Source: Clostridia bacterium (GTDB lineage: Bacteria > Bacillota > Peptococcia > DRI-13 > SM3-B62). Taken from it: a stretch of DNA of 64,000 nt. The stretch lies in contig JAHDSQ010000031.1 of NCBI GenBank assembly GCA_018432615.1, positions 6,009 through 70,008 of the forward strand, given 5' to 3'. Positions 37,637-46,410 of the stretch are shown piece by piece. Each line of letters opens with the position of its first letter. Position 1 is the first letter of the stretch. A program made the position numbers and the translations under genes. The notes beneath the pieces were generated by a model that was not told the DNA's origin, ran no database searches, and saw only the letters and a list, made by a program, of their open reading frames with translations.

Positions 37637-38410
37637 ATGATTAAGCAATTAAAGATGGAAATTATGGCTGAGGATTCAGGCCTATTCTTTATCAAAGCAG
37701 GAGACGGCTCAGAAGATGTTTTTTTCCGTTTTAATCCTGACACAAAGGAATTGTCATTTGAGAGCAAGAATCAACTGACCTCTTTTCTAAAAGCTAATGA
37801 ATATCAATTTAGAAAACTATTGCATAACAAGAGGAAAGAAACATTTCATGCTGGGTTCAAATTGGCGTTTTCTATTATTGACGGCAAAGACATTGCTGCT
37901 TTTAACGATAAACAAAATATATTGGTAGCGGAGCAGGGAAAGGTGTATGCCCTGAATGAAGCTAAGAAAAGACAGCTGGTGGAAATCTTTACCGACGGCA
38001 GTTATAGTGAAAAGCATGCCGTGGGAGCGTATAGCTTTCTGGTTAAGGGTCTTGATGGTTCCTATACGGAAAGGAGCTTTACATCGGAAAGCAAGAATTC
38101 GTCATTGCTGGAATTAGAGGCGGTAATTGCTGCTTTAACCTGGTATCCGGGGGACGTGCGAATCGTAACTGATTCACAATATGTGAGAAAGGGCATTACA
38201 GAATGGATTATTCACTGGAAATTGAATAATTGGACAACGGCAAACGGCACAAAGGCTAAACACATCGGCAAATGGAAGCGCCTAGACGAGCTTTGTTGTC
38301 AACGGTATGTAGAGTTTCAGTGGGTTAAGGCCCACAATAATCATTTTGAAAATGAATACTGCGACCTTCAGGCGAAGCAATTAGCTTCCGGGCATTACCG
38401 GGGTAATTGA
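37637..38410 (+). CDS. RNase HI domain protein with a ~110-aa unknown N-terminal extension
   Basis: The C-terminal 145 aa carry the RNase H pattern: FTDGS (Asp), LELEAV (Glu), IVTDSQYV (Asp), WVKAHNNH..NEYCDLQAK (Asp). Confidence 0.8.
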   Translation: MIKQLKMEIMAEDSGLFFIKAGDGSEDVFFRFNPDTKELSFESKNQLTSFLKANEYQFRKLLHNKRKETFHAGFKLAFSIIDGKDIAAFNDKQNILVAEQGKVYALNEAKKRQLVEIFTDGSYSEKHAVGAYSFLVKGLDGSYTERSFTSESKNSSLLELEAVIAALTWYPGDVRIVTDSQYVRKGITEWIIHWKLNNWTTANGTKAKHIGKWKRLDELCCQRYVEFQWVKAHNNHFENEYCDLQAKQLASGHYRGN

Positions 38411-38470
38411 CTCAAAAATACCAGAAAAGATACTGAGGTTTTGAAGAAGATGACAGAAGAGGCGAATAAA

Positions 38471-40315
38471 TTAGCGGTCTATTTTTACCCGATATTCCTC
38501 CATCCAGGTATTTATCTGGATAAAGTAAGCAATCAACTGGGGACCGGTCATTAATTGTCCATACCATGGTTTGTGCATAGACTTTCCACCCGTCTCAACA
38601 ATTTCAGCGACCTTTTGACGGTCCAGCAACTCAAATATTGGGGCTTTTTTATCAGAGATAATTCTTTTCATCCGATCTTGAACAGCTATTGTATAAGCTA
38701 CATGGTGTGTTTTAGGATACGGGCTTTTTTTCCTATCAATAATCTCTTTCGGCAGGATTCCTCTTAGAGCTTCTCTCAACAAGCCCTTCTCTCTGCCTCG
38801 GTAAAACTTCATGTTATTAGGGATATTAAAGGCGTATTCTACAAGCCTGTAATCGGCAAAGGGCACTCTTACCTCCAGGCTATGTGCCATGCTCATGCGG
38901 TCCTTTCTATTCAGCAAAGTAATCATAAACCACTTAATATTGAGAAAGAATAGCTCTCTCATTCTTGCTTCTTTTTTGGATTCACCCTTAAGCTTTGGAA
39001 CCTGTCTGATTGTATCCAGATACTTTTGGGCCACATATTCTTCGAGAGGATAGTTTTGCAAGCATTTATTGATTATCTCTTTTCTTTCTTTTGTCGGATT
39101 TGCCCAGGGAAAGGTAGTGGCATTAGTAACGCCGGGCTTGGTAAACCAGGGATATCCCCCGAAAATCTCATCGGCACATTCTCCTGAAAGAGCTACGGTC
39201 GCCTTTTTTTTGACTTCTTTACAGAACAAATATAAGGAAGAATCAATATCCGCCATGCCTGGTAGGCAATTGGCCTTGACGGCATCCTTTAAGGCATCTA
39301 CCAGTTGGATGTTATCGATAATTACAGTATTATGATTGCTTCCGATGAACCTTGCCATCTTTTCCGCCCATACTTGATCGGAGTCCGGTTGAAACTCATT
39401 TGCTTGAAAATATTTATCATTATCTTCGTATTCTATGGAGAAGGTTTCAAGCCGATTTTCCCCCTCTCTTTTAAAGAAGTTCGATGTAATAGCAGAAATA
39501 GCGCTTGAATCTAATCCGCCTGACAAGAATGTACATACCGGCACATCTGAGACCAGCTGTCTTTCAATCGTATCCACCAGAAGGTGCCTTGTATGATCAA
39601 TCGTTGTGGTTAGATTTTCTTCGTGGGGTTTTGCCTCCAGTTTCCAATACTCGGTCAGTTTAGGTACACCATTCTTATATAATAAATAATGGGCCGGAGG
39701 TATTTCGTGTATATCCTTAAAAACTCCGTGTCCCAATGATCTGGCCGGTCCCAAACCGAGTATCTCCATAACCCCTTCCTGGCTTATAATTGGTTCTATC
39801 AGGGGATGGGTTAAGATGGCTTTGATTTGGGAGGCGAAGATAAGATGATTCTTTTTAAGGCTATAAAATAAAGGTTTGACTCCCAAATGATCTCTGGCCA
39901 AAAACATTGTCTTTTCTTTTTCGTTCCACACACCAAAAGCAAAAATGCCGTTAAGATAACTTAAACAGTCGATACCCCACTCAATATATGAAACCAGTAA
40001 TACTTCTGTATCCGAGTAGGATTTAAAAACATGTCCTTTTTTCTGAAGTTTTTCTCGTATCTCATCCGTGTTATAAAGCTCACCGTTATAGACGATTACA
40101 TATTCATGTCCGCCCATCTTTCTTATCATAGGCTGAGCCCCACCCTCGGGGTCTATAATAATCAATCTTCTGTGTCCTAGCTGTACATTTTCCGAACTGT
40201 AATAACCAAAGTCATCGGGCCCTCTGGCAGCAAGTATTGTAGTCATATTTTCAATAATCTTTGTCTTGTCTTTAAGACCCATTTCTTTACTTACCCATCC
40301 CGCAATTCCGCACAT
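38471..40315 (-). CDS. asnB: Asparagine synthase (glutamine-hydrolysing)
   Basis: N-terminal nucleophile MCGIAG, PP-loop FLSGGLDSS, 614 aa. Confidence 0.9.
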   Translation of the reverse strand: MCGIAGWVSKEMGLKDKTKIIENMTTILAARGPDDFGYYSSENVQLGHRRLIIIDPEGGAQPMIRKMGGHEYVIVYNGELYNTDEIREKLQKKGHVFKSYSDTEVLLVSYIEWGIDCLSYLNGIFAFGVWNEKEKTMFLARDHLGVKPLFYSLKKNHLIFASQIKAILTHPLIEPIISQEGVMEILGLGPARSLGHGVFKDIHEIPPAHYLLYKNGVPKLTEYWKLEAKPHEENLTTTIDHTRHLLVDTIERQLVSDVPVCTFLSGGLDSSAISAITSNFFKREGENRLETFSIEYEDNDKYFQANEFQPDSDQVWAEKMARFIGSNHNTVIIDNIQLVDALKDAVKANCLPGMADIDSSLYLFCKEVKKKATVALSGECADEIFGGYPWFTKPGVTNATTFPWANPTKERKEIINKCLQNYPLEEYVAQKYLDTIRQVPKLKGESKKEARMRELFFLNIKWFMITLLNRKDRMSMAHSLEVRVPFADYRLVEYAFNIPNNMKFYRGREKGLLREALRGILPKEIIDRKKSPYPKTHHVAYTIAVQDRMKRIISDKKAPIFELLDRQKVAEIVETGGKSMHKPWYGQLMTGPQLIAYFIQINTWMEEYRVKIDR

Positions 40316-41084
40316 GTTTCGTCCCCCTTACTTAAAACCAAGTCTGTGATTTGATAAATCTCCACTATTTTTTCAGTATATGTAGCAAATAATTGTAAGG
40401 GAACAGAAGCGAAAAAGGGCATTTTTATAAGAAACAGTACTGGGGCTGTAAAGCAAGGAGGATGGAATAAAGGTCCGTTGCTTTTGGTTGGTAACGGAGA
40501 AGCTCAACGAACTTGTCAAGGACGGGGACTGGAAAGAGATATTTACTGATTACAGCGAATTTCAGAAGCAGTTAAAAAAAATGTACTTCTTTGGGTTGCT
40601 AGAAGATACTCAGTAGTATTTAGGACCTATGGAACAACTAGAAATGCATGATGCGTAATGATAAAAGGTGGGTGTTGGTTATTTCCTGAAGCTTTTCATG
40701 CACGCACAGAGGGATAAAGTACGTTCTGGGTTTGGGTTAGCTGCTCACTTTATTCCTGCAGTCGGCAAGCCCGGATCCTTTGCACTGCTTAACGCTCCCG
40801 TAGCATTTGAAGGATATCAAAGCTTGATGTCTGAGTCAGAGCATTTTGTGAATAAAGTCTGTGGCAGTAGTATACTTGTCGTGTAACGAGTGGTTCTGTT
40901 ATAAGGGCTGCCGTAATGGCAGCATATTGAGCAGGATTATGGGGATTAATGTTATCGCCGGTTGAGCCTGGTTTACGATAGATAATTGCCGCAGATTATT
41001 ATAGCAGAGAATTACGACAATAGTTATATGATATAATAAACCGTAAACTAGGTAGTCAGATTCGGCAAAGGTGGTATCTCTTTA

Positions 41085-43556
41085 ATGCGGCAACAAATTT
41101 TGCATCGCAGGCATATCAGCGCAGAGCTTGATAATCTGTTCAGTCATCCGCTGACATTGGCAGTAGCGGCTATGGGATATGGCAAAACCACATCGGCTAA
41201 GGACTATCTGAATGAAAAGGCCGTAAGGTATACATGGTTATCAATCGAAAGCGATGAATCATCCCCGCAGTACATCTGGGACTCTCTGACGAGCCAGCTG
41301 GTCAAAGACAAGCCGGAGCCGGGTAAACAGTTACGCGCGTTAGGGTTTCCGGTTGATGCTCCCCAAAGAGAACGGGTTTTAAAGATGATTGAAGACTTAG
41401 TTTATATGACTAATACCGTATTAGTCATTGATGATTACCATCATGTCCATTCCCCGGAACTTGACAAACTGGTGGAACGATTGGTGCGGATGAAGATTGA
41501 GGGATTTCATATCCTGATTCTCTCCCGGACAGTTCCTGAGATAAATATTTATGAATTAACGCTCAAAGGATATTGTTATCAGGTAAAAAGCCGCGTATTT
41601 GAAGTTGGTGCGGCGGAAATAAAGAGCTATTTCGAAATGTACTCCCATAGAATATCCGATGATACGGCAAAACAGGTTCAGGAGATTTCGGAAGGCTGGG
41701 TGTCCGCTGTGTACCTGATTATGCAGAGATATGCCGAAACAGGCAGAGTGGAACCCGGCGAGAGTATTGAAAAGCTGATTGAAACAGCAGTTATGTCTAG
41801 GTATACGGGCAGGGAAGTATTGATATTAAAATCACTTTCCCTCCTTGAAAACTTTACACCGGCACAAGCAGGCTATGTGACCGGGGAGCGGGAAGCCGGA
41901 AAAATCATTCGCAGATTAAGCGAAGAAAATTCCTTTATTCGGTATGATGAAATAAACGGCGTATATCGGATTCATAATATATTAAATAACTACCTGCGAA
42001 AAATCCTTGCGGAGCAACCGGAGAATATTGAGATAGCAGATTTATATAAGCGTTCCGGTCAGTGGTACATTCAAAACGGTGATACTATTTCCGGTCTGAA
42101 ATATCTCTTAAAGGCAAAGGAATATGACCTAATTTTGGCGGAATTCGAAAAAAGTGCTATCAATATCGTGATAGACAGCAATCCCCAATATATCTTGGAA
42201 ATATTTCAGCAGATACCCATGGAAGTAAAATACCGTCATCCCATCGGTTTGCTTGCCTATATCGGCTTTTATGTGACAAATGTTGATCGAAACAAAGGTG
42301 CCTGCCTTCTTGGGGAAATCGAAAAGCATTATCAAAACGATAATATTTCCGCTGTAGTGAAAAAACGCATTGCGGGAGAGATAGAGCTAATCAGAGCCTA
42401 TATCGCCTTTAATGATGCTGCCTTAATGCGGGAAAGGATGATCAGGGCACATGAGATGTTGGAGGGGCATTCGCTGATTGCCAATAAAGATAAGATTATC
42501 ACCTTCGGCTCGCCCCACTCGGCCTACCTATATTATCGTGAAAAAGGGAGATTCTCGTGGAGTGTGCGGTGCGTGCAAGAGATGTTCCCCTATTATTCGG
42601 AAATGGCCGGGGGTTGTGGTAAAGGATTCGACGATTTGCTGCAGGCGGAATACTATCTGGAGACCGGAGAACTGAAGCAGGCTGGGATTTATGCCCGGAA
42701 AGCCATATACAAGGCTCAAGTTTTGGAACAGGTTGATGTGATTTTATGCGGGCGGTTTGTGCTGGCTAGAATTTCTTTGGCTCGGGGCCAAATGAACGAA
42801 GCCTTAGAGGTTATGGACGATTTGAGCGTGGAAGTTGAGGCTTGCAGTATACCTATACTTAGCAGTGCTTTTGATTTGTGTTCCGGTTATATAGGGGCTG
42901 TAAGCGGAACAGACAACCGGATAGCCAACTGGCTGAAGCTGGGGGATATTGAGCAGAGCGAGGTTTTATACCAGGGGATGGGGTTCAATTATATTGTCTA
43001 CGGAAAATACCTTTTGGTTCAGAAGCAATATATCAAACTTGAGGTACTGTGCGAGGAGATGCGGCAGGTATTTTCCTATTTTAATAACCTGCTGGGCTAT
43101 CTTCATGCCTATATATTAGAGGCTGCCGCCAAATACAACCTTTACGGTCTGAAAGAAGCAAAGCCCGCAATTGCGGAGGCTTTGGATATCGGAAGGGCGG
43201 ACGGGATTATATTCCCTATTGCAGAATACGGCCTTCATATTCTCGAACTCCTGCAAGACCTGCAAACAGATTATGAGGGGGATGAGTATTTAGCCGAGCT
43301 TGTAGCCCAAACGACCCAATATTCCGTTAATCAGAAGCGATTTAAGTTCAGGGGGACAAAAAAGCTTGAACTGACAAAGCGTGAGAAGGAGATACTTATG
43401 CTTGTTACAGATGGTAAAACCAACGGGGAGATTGCTGCAGAGCTTTTTCTGGCGGAGGTTACCGTCAGAAAAAACATCACGGCCATCTACCGGAAATTGG
43501 ATGTCGCCGGCAGGGCAGCGGCGGTTAAAAAGGCCCTTATGCTGAAAATAGTATAA
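41085..43556 (+). CDS. LuxR/MalT-like STAND ATPase transcriptional regulator (intact)
   Basis: P-loop AAMGYGKTTSAK, Walker B VLVIDDYHH, long TPR-like middle, and C-terminal LuxR HTH LTKREKEILMLVTDGKTNGEIAAELFLAEVTVRKNITAIYRKLDV. Confidence 0.85.
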   Translation: MRQQILHRRHISAELDNLFSHPLTLAVAAMGYGKTTSAKDYLNEKAVRYTWLSIESDESSPQYIWDSLTSQLVKDKPEPGKQLRALGFPVDAPQRERVLKMIEDLVYMTNTVLVIDDYHHVHSPELDKLVERLVRMKIEGFHILILSRTVPEINIYELTLKGYCYQVKSRVFEVGAAEIKSYFEMYSHRISDDTAKQVQEISEGWVSAVYLIMQRYAETGRVEPGESIEKLIETAVMSRYTGREVLILKSLSLLENFTPAQAGYVTGEREAGKIIRRLSEENSFIRYDEINGVYRIHNILNNYLRKILAEQPENIEIADLYKRSGQWYIQNGDTISGLKYLLKAKEYDLILAEFEKSAINIVIDSNPQYILEIFQQIPMEVKYRHPIGLLAYIGFYVTNVDRNKGACLLGEIEKHYQNDNISAVVKKRIAGEIELIRAYIAFNDAALMRERMIRAHEMLEGHSLIANKDKIITFGSPHSAYLYYREKGRFSWSVRCVQEMFPYYSEMAGGCGKGFDDLLQAEYYLETGELKQAGIYARKAIYKAQVLEQVDVILCGRFVLARISLARGQMNEALEVMDDLSVEVEACSIPILSSAFDLCSGYIGAVSGTDNRIANWLKLGDIEQSEVLYQGMGFNYIVYGKYLLVQKQYIKLEVLCEEMRQVFSYFNNLLGYLHAYILEAAAKYNLYGLKEAKPAIAEALDIGRADGIIFPIAEYGLHILELLQDLQTDYEGDEYLAELVAQTTQYSVNQKRFKFRGTKKLELTKREKEILMLVTDGKTNGEIAAELFLAEVTVRKNITAIYRKLDVAGRAAAVKKALMLKIV

Positions 43557-43597
43557 ATTCATAGGAAATATATCGCATGCGATAATATATTTATTTT

Positions 43598-43632
43598 AAA
43601 AACCCTACTATGATGATAGTAGGGTTTTAATC
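43598..43632 (+). terminator. Rho-independent terminator
   Basis: AAAACCCTACTAT..ATAGTAGGGTTTT hairpin after the LuxR stop. It resembles the hairpin at 30375. Confidence 0.7.
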
Positions 43633-43673
43633 TGCTTTGCTATCCTATTCTATTGTGAGGGGGAAGTTCTATA

Positions 43674-43907
43674 GTGCCTCGGATTATTGATGTTATACCC
43701 CACGATGATTATACACTGACCATTGAACTCAACAACCATCATAAAGTCGTTTACGATATGAAGACCAGAATCCAATCATCCCGTTTTTGTGAGCTTGCCG
43801 ATATCAATAAATTCAAAGCTCTGCGGGTCGAATACGGGAAGACACTGGTATGGGACGGCTTATGCCAGATTACCATTGATGAGATTTTAAGCAACCTTGA
43901 ACGTTAA
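43674..43907 (+). CDS. DUF2442-family small protein
   Basis: MPRIIDVIPHDDYTLTIELNNHHKVVYDM...RFCELADINKFKALRVEYGKTLVWDG fits the DUF2442 pattern. 77 aa, like its paralogue at 30466. Confidence 0.7.
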   Translation: MPRIIDVIPHDDYTLTIELNNHHKVVYDMKTRIQSSRFCELADINKFKALRVEYGKTLVWDGLCQITIDEILSNLER

Positions 43908-44046
43908 GAAAAAGGCGCAAGAGAGGGATAAAGGGAGACTGCGAATTATGAAGGGGGATGGTTGAAAGCATGTAATTGATAGTCAGGGTAAGACTTGGGC
44001 ATGACCTGTCATAAAAAGAAATAAATCATAAAAAGGAGAGAAAACG

Positions 44047-44304
44047 ATGAGTGAGATTAGCAGATTCAATAATGATGTCAGAGAAAACAAGGAAATGTTG
44101 GATGCGGTAAAAGAAATAGGCAACGACCTGGGAAAAGTGGTCGCCTATGCAAATTCCAAGGGGTACGCGATTAGTATTGAAGAGCTGGAGGCGCAAATCA
44201 AAGAGGAAGGGGAACTCTCCGAAGAGAATCTCGATAAAGTGGCGGGAGGACTATCTGCCGTTATAACCGGAGTAGCCGACATCACTATGGTATTAGTCCT
44301 CTAA
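44047..44304 (+). CDS. Nif11-like leader RiPP precursor 1 (68-aa leader ending VAGG, 17-aa core LSAVITGVADITMVLVL)
   Basis: The leader pattern MSEISRF..........L...KEIGNDL..VVAYANSKGY.ISIEEL......ELSEENLDKVAGG fits the Nif11-type leader (TIGR03798 as I recall). RBS AAGGAGAG 6 nt upstream. Confidence 0.85.
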   Translation: MSEISRFNNDVRENKEMLDAVKEIGNDLGKVVAYANSKGYAISIEELEAQIKEEGELSEENLDKVAGGLSAVITGVADITMVLVL

Positions 44305-44341
44305 TCACGGTGAGACGGTATCGTACAATCGAGAAAGGAGG

Positions 44342-44647
44342 ATGATGATGATGTCCGAGCTTGAAAGGTTCACTCAAGCACTTCAAGGTGATAAGGAGCT
44401 GGTGGAAGAACTGAAGTCTAGAGGAAACGATCTGGAAGAGATTGTCCGTTTCGCTAATTCCAAAGGATATAATTTTTCACTGCAGGAGTTGGTTACTGCA
44501 GCGGAAGAAAACGAAACCCTGTCCGAGGAGGAACTGGAGAGTGTAGCGGGTGGGTTTTTGACTTGCCTGGCCGGTGTTTCTTTTCAGATAGGAGATGGGA
44601 CCGGTCTTACGATTGCGGCCAAGGCCAAGGCTTTGGCGGTACTGTAA
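44342..44647 (+). CDS. Nif11-like leader RiPP precursor 2 (core FLTCLAGVSFQIGDGTGLTIAAKAKALAVL, 30 aa)
   Basis: The leader ...GNDLEEIVRFANSKGYNFSLQEL...LSEEELESVAGG is paralogous to precursor 1. There are four consecutive ATGs after GGAGG, and the true start is probably 44348 or 44351. Confidence 0.85.
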   Translation: MMMMSELERFTQALQGDKELVEELKSRGNDLEEIVRFANSKGYNFSLQELVTAAEENETLSEEELESVAGGFLTCLAGVSFQIGDGTGLTIAAKAKALAVL

Positions 44648-44679
44648 AAACTATAAAAGCGGGGAAAGGACAGCGAAAT

Positions 44680-44952
44680 ATGGTTATAAAAGAAATTAAG
44701 CGCTTTAATGAAGCTATACGTCACGACGAAGAACTTCAAAACCGGATCAAGGTCATTGGAGCGAATTTGGAAGAGATTGTCCGTTTCGCCAACCAAAAGG
44801 GATTCGATTTCACGGTAGATGATCTTAAAAAAGCACAAGACGGGGATATTGAGTTGTGCGATGAAGAATTAGAGTCTGTAGCGGGCGGAATCGTTGGTGC
44901 AATTGTGGCGCAGACGATAACAGTTGTCGGACTTGCTATAGTTTGCAATTAA
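44680..44952 (+). CDS. Nif11-like leader RiPP precursor 3 (core IVGAIVAQTITVVGLAIVCN, 20 aa)
   Basis: The ORF track starts at 44563 and overlaps precursor 2. The in-frame ATG at 44680 (MVIKEIKRFNEAI...) follows GGAAAGGA and aligns with the other two leaders. The leader ends CDEELESVAGG. Confidence 0.8.
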   Translation: MVIKEIKRFNEAIRHDEELQNRIKVIGANLEEIVRFANQKGFDFTVDDLKKAQDGDIELCDEELESVAGGIVGAIVAQTITVVGLAIVCN

Positions 44953-44973
44953 CAGGGTTACCGGGGGAGGTTA

Positions 44974-46407
44974 ATGGCGTTGAGCAGCTCACTGCTTTAT
45001 CAGGATTATATAAAAGGTACGAGCCCCGACGAATTAAAAATCATTGCCAATATCAAACGCTTTTTTGAGTGTATGACCGGTGATCCGGAGTTTCGTGCCG
45101 AGGTGGAAAGTAATATGTCCGGATGCGGACCGCTCTTGGAGTCAAGGGGCGTTTTTGGTGTAGACCCTACCCAGTTAATGGCGTTGTTTTCCAGGGGATC
45201 ATCGGAAGCCGAGCCTTCGGAGTCTGATTTGCAGGACAAGCCCCAGGGGCTGCTGTGGTACCGCTGGTGCAAGACGCATGAAGAATTGCGCCGGGCATGG
45301 AGAAAGCGCAGTGACGGTACACCCAATAAACGCTTTAATCAGTGGCACCGTCGCCAGGTGAACCGCTGCGGCAGTCAGCTGGGTAATTTAACAAACGAGC
45401 AATTAATCCATGCTACCGTTGTTTTTGAATTAACCCAGGGGTGTTCTCTCCAGTGCCCATTTTGCGGCCTGGCAGCCGAACCGCTAAAAAAGGTGTTTCC
45501 ATATACGAAGGAGAACGCCAGGCTGTGGCGGGAGGTGCTGGATGTGTCCGTTAAGCACCTGGGAGATACGGTAGGTACCGGAGTTTGCTACTGGGCGACT
45601 GATCCGACGGATAATCCGGATTATTTGAAGTTTGTGGCCGATTATGGTCAAAAGACGGGTTTTTACCCCCAGACCACAACCTCCGCACCCCTAAGAAAGC
45701 TTCAATGGACCCAGGACTTACTGGGATTCCGACGGCAACATAATACCTCTGTGGATCGCTTTTCAGTGCTTTCCCTTGATGGTCTGCGCCGTATTCATAA
45801 GACGTTTAGCGCGGAAGAGCTGTTATTTACCCAATTGGTTCTGCAGTATATTGATGTCATGAAAAAGGCCATGGCTCGTTCCGGGCGTAATCGACATAGT
45901 GAGGTTGAGCAAGAAGGGCTTGAGACTTTCAAGGATCATACTATCGCCTGTGTAACCGGTTACCTGATAAATATGGCCAAAGGCACGGTACGGCTAATCA
46001 GTCCGTGTCCTCCTTCGGAGATTGCGCCCCTAGGGTATCTCGTCCATACGGAAGGAAGATTCTCTAATGCCGGGGAGCTGGATGAGTTTATCGCCGAAAC
46101 CATGGAAAATTGTATGCCCGAGCATTGCGGGTCTGAAGATATCTTGTCCTTCCGTTGTGACTTGCAGTACGGGGTGTTGGCTAACGGCTTTCAGCTATCC
46201 AATGAATACAAGTCCCACAAGGTAGAGGGTAAACCCTATCTGATTAAGCTGGGAGGACTTATTTCAGGAGGGGATTTGACGTTTTCGCAAGTACTGGAGG
46301 AGATGTCAAAAGAGAGTGCCGATATCTTAGCGGTGATTACCACCATTCAGAAACTGTTTTCCCAAGGATTATTGGCTGACAAGACGGCTTGCGGCGGGAG
46401 GGTTTAG
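44974..46407 (+). CDS. Radical SAM RiPP maturase (Nif11-class; candidate PoyD-like epimerase)
   Basis: A single CxxxCxxC motif (GCSLQCPFCG; Cys codons at 45442, 45454 and 45463) follows a ~150-aa N-terminal extension. It starts 22 nt after precursor 3. The epimerase assignment is inference. Confidence 0.6.
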   Translation: MALSSSLLYQDYIKGTSPDELKIIANIKRFFECMTGDPEFRAEVESNMSGCGPLLESRGVFGVDPTQLMALFSRGSSEAEPSESDLQDKPQGLLWYRWCKTHEELRRAWRKRSDGTPNKRFNQWHRRQVNRCGSQLGNLTNEQLIHATVVFELTQGCSLQCPFCGLAAEPLKKVFPYTKENARLWREVLDVSVKHLGDTVGTGVCYWATDPTDNPDYLKFVADYGQKTGFYPQTTTSAPLRKLQWTQDLLGFRRQHNTSVDRFSVLSLDGLRRIHKTFSAEELLFTQLVLQYIDVMKKAMARSGRNRHSEVEQEGLETFKDHTIACVTGYLINMAKGTVRLISPCPPSEIAPLGYLVHTEGRFSNAGELDEFIAETMENCMPEHCGSEDILSFRCDLQYGVLANGFQLSNEYKSHKVEGKPYLIKLGGLISGGDLTFSQVLEEMSKESADILAVITTIQKLFSQGLLADKTACGGRV

Positions 46408-46410
46408 GTT

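Noticed and set aside
40668-40886. 72-aa plus-strand ORF in the 770-nt gap between asnB and the LuxR-type regulator
   Set aside because: It has no convincing RBS and no recognisable motif. The neighbouring sequence (for example 40486..40615, encoding ...EKLNELVKDGDWKEIFTDYSEFQKQLKKMYFFGLLEDTQ*) looks like gene debris, so the region was left unannotated.
44563-44679. Upstream extension of precursor 3 given by the ORF track (start at 44563)
   Set aside because: The extension overlaps the core and stop of precursor 2 and has no homology to the other leaders. The ATG at 44680, with its own RBS, aligns with the starts of precursors 1 and 2.
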